In this document: positions 1-9,500 of the stretch, in pieces
Position numbering within the stretch: the stretch's first letter is position 1
Layout of the letters: every line of letters begins with the position of its first letter
Origin: Fonticula alba ATCC 38817
Taxonomy: Eukaryota > Protista > Nucleariida
Reading direction: 5' to 3' (one strand)
Length of the DNA stretch: 13,596 nt
Assembly (NCBI GenBank): GCA_000388065.2
Contig: KB932205.1
Position numbers and translations under genes: made by a program
The notes under the pieces: generated by a model
The model's input: the letters and a program-made list of their open reading frames with translations, nothing else
Told to the model about the DNA's origin: nothing
Databases searched by the model: none

Positions 1-104
1 CCCATAACCATAACACCTGGCTGACCTTGTCCCCCTCGGCTCATCCTCCGCCCGCCCTCGGCCGCCACCCGCCCTTGTTGTTGCCCCATTCCGCCCATGT
101 GCAG

Positions 105-1996
105 TACATCATCGGCGTCGGTGTCCTGTCCATGCCCTTCGCCTTCGCGTCGGCCGGTATCGGCCTGTCGCTGGTCATCCTGACCCTGGTGACCATCATC
201 TCCTATGTGACGATGGTCTGGCTGATCGAGGTCCTGGCGCGTATCGAGTGCCTGCATGCCATCGGCGCCATCACCGCCGAGGGTGCTCCGGCCGACACCG
301 TCGACCTGGAGGCCTCGCGCTCTCTCATCATCAACCCCCACGACAGCGGCCTGAACGTGGTCCCTGGCGATCGCATGCAGACCTCCACCTCCCCCCCGAG
401 CGGCACCATGACCCCCTCGCCCGAGTCGCTGATTGCCTCGGCTCGGCGCTTCATGCAGATCACCGACCGTAAGTTCGAGCTCAACGAGGTCACCGGCTTC
501 TTCCTGGGCAAGGCGTGGCAGCGCTTCTTCGAGGTGGCCATGTGCCTGTATCTCTTCGGCGCGCTCTGGGGCTTCGCCTCGGTCTTCGGCACCACCTTCG
601 GTGAGACCATTCCCTTCATCGGTCTCTCCAGCAAGACCTGGCCCTGGTACGCATGCACACACACACACACGCACGCACGCACGCACGCACGTGCTCGACG
701 CTTTCCTCCCTTGGTCAGCCTCCCCTCCCCGATGCGCCTGCCTCCCCCGCTCACACGACTGCCATGCGGCCTGGCTCGGCCCGCCCGCCTTCCCCACCCA
801 CGCACAGCTCTTTCTATGGCGACCCGGCCAACCTCCCCTCCGAGTGCATGGCTTCCTACCAGCTGTATGTGGTCATCTTCGCCCTGCTGGTGGTCCCCCT
901 GTCGCTGAAGGACATGTCCGAGCAGACTTTCATCCAGATTGCCCTCTGCATTGTTCGCTTCGCTTCCTTCTTCGTCATGGTCCTCTGGTGCCTGAGCTTC
1001 CTCTTCGTCGAGCCCTATGACCCCTCCATCCCGGATCCCGGCAGCCCGCCCTACATCGCGCCCGGCCTGTCCTGGTTCAACATGGGTGGCTTCGGCATTG
1101 CCTTCTCCACCTGTGTCTTCGCCCAGCTCACCCACCACTCGGCCCCGGGTCTGGCCCAGCCGACCAAGGACAAGTCCAAGCTGGCCGTCGTCTTCCTGGC
1201 TGCCCTGGTGGTGACCTTCTTCTTCTATGCCATCCTCGGCACCACTGTCGCCCTGTACTTCGGCCCCTCCACCCAGCCGATGGTCAGTCTCAACTGGCAG
1301 TTCATTGGCGGCACCCCGGCCGGCCATAGCTACCCCTGGTGGGAGTACCCCCTGCGCTACTTCATCCTCTTCTTCCCCGTGGCGGTGGCCATCTCGGCAT
1401 ACCCCCTGACGGGTGCGTACCCCCCCCCCCCCCTCCCCAGGCCCGAGCCTCGGTGGCTCTTTCTTTTTCTTTCTTGCAAATCCTCCCTATTGCCGCACGC
1501 TCTGCCACGCCATCGGGCGGACCTGCCGCTGACCTTCCATCGTTTCCTCCCCCCCGCCCCCCCCCCCCCGCCCCTTTTGTTCCGTGCCCTCTTTGCAGCC
1601 ATCACCTTCGCCAATACCGTCTACGCCGCGCTCCCCGCCGGCTGGACCAAGCAGCAGACCTGCCCCCGCTGGCGCCTGGGCACCCGGCTTTTCGCCACCC
1701 TGCCGCCCATTGCTTGCGGTCTCATCATGTTCGAGCTGTCCACCATCGTCCAGTTCACCGGTCTCTTCGGTGTCTTCATTGCCTTCCTCTTCCCGGCCCT
1801 GCTGCAGTGGCGGTCTCGCCGCGCGGTCCGCAGCGCTCTCGGCCTGACCGACGGCAGCTCCGATGACATGCTCAAGACCCCGTACACCATGCCCTACATT
1901 AGCTCCGACATCGCCACCTACCTGGTTGGGCTCTTCGGCTTTGGCAGTCTCGGCCTCATGATCGCCCTGATCATCTCGCCCGATCTGTTCGGCTAA
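105..1996 (+). CDS. TMEM104: TMEM104-like amino acid transporter (Aa_trans/SLC38-related), 5'-partial; exons 105-646, 808-1412, 1599-1996 (514 aa visible)
   Basis: Acceptor GCAG at 101-104. Donor GTACGC 647 / CAG 807 joins TG+C (Cys). Donor GTGCGT 1413 / CAG 1598 joins G+CC (Ala). Summed exon length is 1545 nt (3n), ending TAA 1994-1996. The protein has multiple hydrophobic helices and motifs recalled from TMEM104: YIIGVGVLSMPFAFASAG, YLFGALWGF, FAQLTHHSAPGL, FPV..ISAYPLTAITFAN. The start codon lies upstream of the window. Confidence 0.88.
656..690 (+). repeat. Compound (CA)n/(GCAC)5 microsatellite at the 5' end of transporter intron 647-807
   Basis: Direct reading: cacacacacacacac gcac gcac gcac gcac gcac. 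Confidence 0.9.
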
Positions 1997-2339
1997 ATGC
2001 GCGGCGCACGGCGTCCTCCCTCCCTCGCCCCCCCCCCCCTCCCCCCTCCCGTCCTTGACACATACCTTTCCCCTCCGCTAGCCATGTTGGCTGGCGTGCA
2101 TACGTGCTTCCTCTTTGCTTCCCCGCCCCTCGCGTCCTCCCCCCTCCTTCCCCCCCCCCCTCCCCCTGCCCAGCACGTGTGAGCACGCTTCGTCGTCTCC
2201 CTTCTCCATATGGCGGAAGCGCAAGTGAGGCAAGAGTTCAGGGGATGTGGCCGGCTCCAGGGATGTCCCTGTTTTCCTGCCCGCCCTCCTCTCCCAGTAC
2301 ACTCCCTCCTCCTTGGCACGCACATACACCAACCTGCCC

Positions 2340-2554
2340 NNNNNNNNNNNNNNNNNNNNNNNNNNNNNNNNNNNNNNNNNNNNNNNNNNNNNNNNNNNNN
2401 NNNNNNNNNNNNNNNNNNNNNNNNNNNNNNNNNNNNNNNNNNNNNNNNNNNNNNNNNNNNNNNNNNNNNNNNNNNNNNNNNNNNNNNNNNNNNNNNNNNN
2501 NNNNNNNNNNNNNNNNNNNNNNNNNNNNNNNNNNNNNNNNNNNNNNNNNNNNNN
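2340..2554. other. Assembly gap (N run)
   Basis: Ns in the sequence, between the convergent 3' ends of the transporter and SNAPC1. Confidence 1.
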
Positions 2555-2565
2555 CGCCCCCGTTA

Positions 2566-5023
2566 TCAAGAGGGTCGTATCCGCTTGGCAGCCGGAGGGG
2601 AAGGCGATGCATGGGCAACCGAGGCCCGGCGCCGAGCCGGCACCTGGACCGTCACCATTTGCGCGCCGTCATCGAGGCGGTCCTCCTCATGGTCGTCGTC
2701 ACTATCGGAGAAGTCGGAAAAGGTGTCCCCCCCCACGGCCTGCGCGAGCGAGGGGTTCTGCTCTTCGTCTGAGGAGGAAAAGGGATTGTGGTCACTTTGG
2801 TGGCCGTTCGAGCCTTCGTCCTCGAGGTCGCCCCGGGCCGTGGGGTGGCGCTGCGAGCGAATGTGCTGCGCCGTGGCTTCAAAGTACTCAAACCCGCTGG
2901 AGTTCGGGCTCAAGTCGTCGCTGCCATCCGGGCTGGAGTCGCTCTGGGAGAGCTGCTCATATCCGGGAGCCGCCCCATCGGACTCCAGATCCGACTCATT
3001 GAGGATGGCCACACCGGACCCGGGGGTGGTGAAGCCGAAGGACCGACCGGCCGGAGGCAGGGCCGGCGGCTCGGCCAGCAGGAGGGCTGGCAGCGGCGAC
3101 GCGGGCAGCATGGAAGCCGGGCCCGGCGCCATGCGCAAGGCCACCGATGGCAGATGCTTTGCATGGTCCGTGGCTCGGCGGAAGGGCTCGCTGGCAAAGT
3201 GCGGCCCAATTGGCCGCCCATCGGTGCCCATGCCGGTGGCGCTTGCTCCGGCGCTGAAGCCCCAGGTGCCTGGGCGGGCGCCAGGCGCCCCAAGTGCCGC
3301 CACGAGCCGCGCCCCCTCAGATGCAGCCGCCAGATCCGGGTCCACCGCCGCACGAGCCCCCTCCATGGCTGCGGCATATCGATCAGCCACATTCGGCCCG
3401 GCCAGTGGCCCAGCAACAAGCTGGTCATGATGCCAGTGCAGCGCAGGTTAGAAGTCAATGGTGTGTGGTTCCTCGCCCTCTTCGCGCCTCCGGCCGCTCC
3501 CTCCCTCCCTCCCCGTGCCCTCCCATCATCGCCATGCCCTCCTCTCATCCCTCGCTCCCGCAGGGACATACCATTGTCGGCGCCGAGATCAGGGCCTGCT
3601 CGAGGCGACGAACCCCGGTGGCCAGGTGCTCACGCGCAACATCGAGGCAGGGCGGCCGGGCATCTGTCAAAGCCCGAGGAGCATCGGACTGGCCCGGTTG
3701 GTGCTCGGGGTGCTCGGCGAACAGGGCCCCAAGAGGATCGGCCATGCGCTCACTCAAGGCCACCAGCTGGTGCAGATTCTCCAGACCGGTTGGGTCCCCG
3801 GCAGCAATGTCTTCATCGCTGCTGTCTTCTGCATGCCCCGAGGCAGGATGTGCCTGATCGCCAGCCGGTGGTGGTGGAGGTGGTGGTGGTGGCCCCGCCG
3901 CCCCGTCGGATGCCACCGGCAGGCCAAGTTCCAGCAGGCTGGGACTGTGGAACAGGCCGAAGTGAAAGGCCCCGGCCGCCTCCAGGCGAACCATGCAGAG
4001 GACCGCCCCACGGAGGGAGGCCTTGGGAAAGCGCGCCAAGTCGAGGTGCTCCGGGCCGAGGGGTGCCGAGGACCCGGCCTCGAGGGACCCCGGCTCCTGG
4101 GGGATTTGCAAGAAGTCGTGCATAAGTCGCAGGGTCCAGCGAAGCTCACGCCAAAGGCCTGCGCCGGCATGCCATATGTCAGCGAAGCAGACCCGAGGGA
4201 GGAAAGGCAGCGCGATGCCCGGCCAATGGCAGGCAGCGAGCATGGGCCGGAGGGGGCAGGGCATGGCCGAACGCACCGGGGGTCACACGAATGGCCACAA
4301 CAGGCAGGGTGTAGATGGTTTTCGGGAAGAGATCCTTGTCATGCGGCGCCAGTCCGGCTGGTAGGCTGGGCTGCGTGAAGAAAAGCACATACAGGCAGAA
4401 GATGACCGCCAGGCGGGTAGCCATGTCCCGGCCGGCGAAGAGCAGCTCTGTGCGGGCGCCATCCGGGGCGCAGGGGGGGGGGGGGGGCCAGATGCCAATA
4501 CCGGCCGCGGGCGGGGATGGGCTGCGGCCTTCGGGCCGGTGTGGCACGCACCGAGGACCACGGCAAAGAAGGAGTGCAGCGTTTGGGCGTGATTTCGCCC
4601 GGAGTAGATAACATGGATGAGGGAGAAATCCAGAGCAGTCCAGCAGGCCCGGAAGAGGCGCAAGCTGTATGCATCATCCGGGCCCAGCGGCGCGCGCGGA
4701 GGGGAGGTTGGCTTGGGCACCGGCGGGACCGGCAGCGTGTGCGCCATGCCAGCCGGTCCGGGCGTGACAAGTTCCAAGCTGGCAATGCGCTCGCCCCCGG
4801 ACTGGGTGACGCTGGCATCCAGCGCCTCGGAGCTGGCCAGAAAATAGGCCACCAGGCGACTGATGTCGTGCCGGAACAAATGCATACCCCCGGCGACGTC
4901 GACCTCCCCGGGCATGGTGAAGCTGTGCCAGTGGTTGTATTTGGCTGGCCGGCCGCGCCAAAGGGCCAGGTAGTCCAGCCCCTGCCGGACCAGCGGCACG
5001 CTCGGTGTGTCGGGCGGGGCCAT
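2566..5023 (-). CDS. SNAPC1: snRNA-activating protein complex subunit 1 (SNAPC1/SNAP43) homolog; exons 5023-4552, 4447-4277, 4158-3572, 3420-2566 (694 aa; 5' end uncertain)
   Basis: Donors GTGCGT (4551), GTGCGT (4276), GTATGT (3571) and CAG acceptors (4448, 4159, 3421) give phases 1/1/0 and a total of 2085 nt (3n), ending TGA TAA. The spliced protein shows the ordered SNAP43-family motifs LFRHDISRLVAYF, FRACWTALDFSLIH, RLAVIFCLYVLFFTQP, IRVTPGLWREL and RLEAAGAFHFG. Compare human IRVGALYLLYGLYNTQ...KIRV...LRLDRAFHF, recalled from memory. No profile search was run. Confidence 0.8.
3447..3453 (-). promoter_or_regulatory. Branch-point-like TTCTAAC in SNAPC1 intron 3. Similar motifs: GCTGAC 4183-4178 (-), CCCTAAC 8154-8160, CCCTGAC 10056-10062, TACTGAT 10936-10942
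   Basis: These match the CTRAY branch consensus, upstream of the inferred acceptors. Confidence 0.5.
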
Positions 5024-6265
5024 CGGTGCCTGGGATGCGCGCGCGCCCGTGTGCGAGCAGGAGGAAGGCAACAGGAACTGTACGGAAGAGGAGGAGCAGA
5101 GGGGGGGGGGGGGGAGGAGGAGGAAGAAGGTGAGCCTTGCAAGGGCCATGCGGCCAGGGTTGGGGGGAGGGGGTTCCCCCCTTTTACAGATGGCAGTACA
5201 TTCCGGGTGCCCGCGCGCGCGCGATCGGGACCACATCTGTTTGTGAGTTGTCCCTCGCGGCCTCAAAGCGGAAACATGGGCCTGCCTCGCCCCCCCGGGA
5301 GCCCGTCTGCTTCGCATACGTCTCTGCACGCTTCAAGCTCCCGGGGGGGNNNNNNNNNNNNNNNNNNNNNNNNNNNNNNNNNNNNNNNNNNNNNNNNNNN
5401 NNNNNTGCTCGCCTGAGCGCGACGCCGTGGCCTGGTGGTCGCCGCGAAGGCGCGGGGGTCGCGGCGGCAGGGGGGGGGGGGGGGGGGGGAGCGGGGGTTG
5501 GGCAGGATCATTGTGGGCTCGACCATGGGCATTCACAGATGTGCCGCCCTCTGCCCGGGGGCCGGAAAGCGCGGCTCCAGCCGGCACCGGCCAGGCAGCA
5601 AGAGCCCGCGAGCGGGGCGGTGAATGACTTCCCCTTGGAGCGTGATTCCCCGAGATGCTCTCGTGACGAGCGCCGGGGAACACATGGCACCGGGAGCCAT
5701 GAGGCGTGTGCCCCCCCCCGCGCTTCGGATCTCTTGCTCTTCTCGCTGCGCCCCCGGGGGCGCGGGCTGCACGCGGCCGCGAGGGAACGAACGCGCCCGG
5801 GCGCCGGGTGGCCGGCCGCGGGGGCCGTGTCCGCGCACGCGCGTGCCCCCTCCTTTCCCCCCCCGCCCCCCACCCCCCCATGCGGATCTTGTGTCCCATG
5901 CCTGGCCCGCTCCTGGGGAGAGGTATTCCTGAAAGCGCCGGCGGCTGAGCCCGATGGAGAGCGGGACACCCCGCTCCGTCCATAAGCACCTCCCCTTTCT
6001 TCCCCCCCTTCCCTCCATTTCTCCCGTTTTCCCTCCACTCTCTTTGCCCATCGCCCCCCCCTCTCGGTCCCACCATTCTCGGTTCCAGCGTCGATTAGGT
6101 ATGGGCATATGCTTTCCGGCCCTGCCGTCCGCCGAACATTGTTGCCACATCCTGGGTCTGACTCTGTGTTGCTCCCTCGGCCCTTGTTGGTTCACCTGAT
6201 TGTCCTTTGGCAGCACCCCGCGCCCCCCCCGCCTTCCTGCCCGCGTGCTCCGCTCAACCTCCAAA
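5024..6265. promoter_or_regulatory. Divergent (head-to-head) intergenic region between SNAPC1 and NOP14; putative bidirectional promoter with a GC-rich core at about 5750-5850
   Basis: The two start codons point away from each other 1.24 kb apart. The purine/pyrimidine skew flips across the GC-rich core. No TSS data are available. Confidence 0.5.
5350..5405. other. Assembly gap (N run)
   Basis: Ns following a G run. Confidence 1.
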
Positions 6266-6442
6266 ATGTCCAAGCGCAGCGGTGGCTCTGCGCTCACCCG
6301 CCTCAAGCACTCGCTTCGCGAGGCGGGCGCGATCGGCCGGTTCGTCTCGGCCCTCTTTGCTTGTTTCCTTTCATCTTCGATTCTTACTTGCGGCGCATTG
6401 ACCCACTCTTGCCTTTGCCCTCCCCATCATCTGCCTACTCGC

Positions 6443-6510
<68 letters not shown>

Positions 6511-9500
6511 CCACACACCTCAACAGCGTGTCCAAGACCAAGCAGAAGCGCCTGGGCGCTGGCGCCGGTCCCGCCGTGGCTGCTCCGGAGAACCCCTTCG
6601 AGCGCAAGGTGACCAAAACCAAGTTCGAGGTTCTGGGTCGTCGTCGCCCCGGTGAGACTGGCCGGCCGACTGTGGCCCGCTCTCGCTCCGAGCAGACCGT
6701 ACGTACACCCCCCAAACGCCTGTGCTTCCTGCCCATGTTTCTTCCTCCCTCCTTCCCCGCTCTCTCTCTCGTTCCCTCTCCCCCGTTCCTTCCCGTCTTT
6801 GGCCAACTTGCAGCGCAAGGAGACGCTCCTGGTGGAATACAAGTCCCGGAACCACAAGAGTGGCTTCAAGGATCGGCGTTTCGGTGAGACCGACGCCAAC
6901 ATGACCGAGGAAGACCGCATGCTCGAGCGTTTCGCCAAGGAGCGGCAGGTGTGTTTTCCTCGGGCTCCCATCTGTCGATGGCTCTGTTGGGTCCCTTCCC
7001 CATTCCCTGCTGCCCGCCTCTCCCCTGGTCCCTGCGTCTGACCGCCCTTCCTCCTTCCTCGCCGGCCTCTACTCCGTCCCCCTCCCCCCCCCCNNNNNNN
7101 NNNNNNNNNNNNNNNNNNNNNNCCCCCATCCCATCCTCGTGACCTCGTCCACTGTGTAGCGTCTCTCCAGTCGCAAGTCCTCCAACTTCAACCTCAACGA
7201 TGATGATGATGATGACGATGGTGCCGACGCCCTGACCATCACCCACGGTGGCCGCAGCCTGGCGGACCTGGACAACTTCGACGACTTTGTCCCGAGCGAG
7301 GATGACATCGGCGACGATGACTTGGCCCTCGGACGTCTGGATCGCGAGACGGTCACGCGCAGCCATTTCGGCGGTGGTGGCGACTATGCGGACCAGGAGC
7401 CGGCCGGCCAGGCCTCGGTCGAGGCCCGGCCTCGGACCCGGCGTGAGATCATGCAGGAGATCATCGAGAAGAGCAAGGCCCACAAGCAGGAGCGCCAGGA
7501 GGCTCGTCAGCAGGATCTGGTCGAGATGGAGAAGCTGGACCGGGATTTCAGCGAGATGCGTTCGCTGCTGCAGATCCGCGAGCCGATCCGGCGCAAGGGT
7601 GCCGAGGCGGCTGCCGAGGCGGCCACCGAGGCCGCCGCGGCCACCGAGGCCGATGCCAACAAGATGAAGTGGCAGAAGCTGGACGAGCAGCGCAAGCTGG
7701 CCAAGCGTCAGGAGGCCCTGGACCGCGGCAACGAGTCGGATCTGTCGGACATCGATGACCAGGCCGAGTATGACCAGTTGCTGGAGGAGATGTCGCGCGA
7801 TGAGCGTGCCCGGCCGTCCGACCGGCTGAAGTCCGCCGAGGAGCGCCTGCACGAGGAGCGTGACAAGCTCAAGCGCCTGGAGGCCGAGCGCTTCAAGCGC
7901 ATGATGGGTCTGACGGCGGCCTCCGGCGCCGAGGAGACCCAGGCCGAGGACGGTGCCGACACCCTGGACGGCCCGGGCGCCGGGCGCCGGGCGCGCACCG
8001 GCCTCAGCACGACCATCAGCTACGACAAGGATGGCCGCCTGCAGTTGTCGTCGGCCGATCGCCAGGCAGTCGATGAGGAGATTGCAAAGCGGTACGACGC
8101 GGGCGTCCTCGCCTCTCCGCGGGCCCTGATGGCGGCTTCTTCTTGAATGATATCCCTAACAAACCGTGCTCTCTCTCTCTCTCCCTCCCTCCCTCTCTCT
8201 CTCTTTCCTCCCCCCGTCCACACGTACAGGCGCAAGCTTCACCCCGAGGACGAAGATGAGGATGGCCACTCTGACGATGATGACGACGACGACGACGGCG
8301 ACGACGACGATGATGATGACGACGACGACGGTGACGACGATGAGGAGGAGGAGGATGGCGACTCGGACGACGATTCCGAGGCCATCTCCTCGGACGAGGA
8401 GGAGGAGGAGGTCGCCTCCGCTCGCCAGGCCTTCTACCAAGACTCGGATGATGAGGACAGTGGCAAGCGCTCTGCCGGGCTGGGCAGCAAGGATGCCCTT
8501 GGCGAGTCCACCCTCCTGGCGCGGAGCCTGACCAACAAGGCCGGTCGTGTGGAGTTCTCGGATGTTGTGGATGAGGCCGCGGCGGCCGAGCTGCCGTTCA
8601 CCTTCGCCGCGCCCGAGGACCTTGCCACCTTCCTCCAGTATGTCACTGGCCGGTCGCCGGATGACCTTCGCTTGGTCATCGAGCGTCTGATGACCCTGTA
8701 CCATATCCGCCTGGCGGCCGCCAACCGCGGGCATCTCGAGACTCTGGTCGGTGTGCTGCTGGACTACCTCGAGCCGTTGGGTCTGGGCAGCGATGAGCCG
8801 GACTTCGAGCGTGCCATCGTCATGGCGCCGTATCTGCGGCGTCTGGTGCAGGTCCTCGGCAACCCGGCTGTGGAGATCTGCATCGAGCGCCTGAAGCGTG
8901 TGCGCCAGGAGGTGGTTGCCGACGCCAGCCGTGCGTTTCCTTCCCTTTTCCCTCCCTTTCTGTGGCTCTTTCCTTTTACCTTCTCTTTTTTTTTACGTGC
9001 CCTCGCCCTTTCGGCATTCTCCTCCTCTTACACCTGTCCGGTTATGGTCATTTCCCTGGCTTTCCTCTTCTCCCCTCTCGATCGACTGTGGCCATGCTGG
9101 GGTCTGCCTCTCTCCCTCTCTCCGGCGCCCATGCTCGCAGTCATGCCGAACCAGTTCCACGCGCTCTTCTACCAGATGATGGGGTACATTTTCCCAACCT
9201 CGGATTTCCGTCACCCGGTGGCCACGCCCCTGCAGCTGCTCATGGGCCAGTCTCTGGTCTTCGGCGCCAGCCGGTCCCTCTACGAGCGGAGTGTGGGCAT
9301 CTTCATGTGCGCGCAGTTTGTCGAGGTGCGTGCGCGTGCTGCTGCGCCAATGTTGTCTGTTCTTGCCCGCCTTCCCGTTCGCCGGCTGTGTGCTTTCTCC
9401 CCGGCCACCGCCATGTCTTCTCTCCTCCTCTCCGCCTCCCTCCCTCCCTCTCCCTCTCTCTCTCCATCGCCTGTGTCTCCTCTGCTTCCACTGTGATACT

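Noticed and set aside
203-1327. Long antisense ORFs (203-1327 -, 2788-4125 +, 3458-4378 +, 4517-5416 +, 6866-7852 -, 8156-8734 -)
   Set aside because: These are shadow frames opposite real exons. High GC3 codon bias removes antisense stops, and they show no independent motifs or splice logic.
5180-5187. CCTTTTAC resembling U5 snRNA loop 1
   Set aside because: There is no flanking stem or Sm site, and a similar string occurs in a pyrimidine-rich intron (about 8972).
6371-6887. ORFs with CVCVCV or HTHTHT tracts
   Set aside because: These are translations of the intronic (GT)n microsatellite, not metal-binding proteins.
8150-8160. ATATCCCTAAC resembling U12-type 5' and branch signals
   Set aside because: It does not match RTATCCTT, there is no suitable AC acceptor, and the GT-AG model 8092-8229 gives the right frame.
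8092-8229. Intronic box C/D snoRNA candidates in NOP14 introns (also TGTGATACTGA near 10931)
   Set aside because: There is no intact RTGATGA...CTGA pair with a terminal stem at plausible spacing.
8250-8412. Regular GAC/GAT repeats as a possible array
   Set aside because: They are in-frame poly-Asp/Glu coding sequence, with no repeat-spacer organisation.
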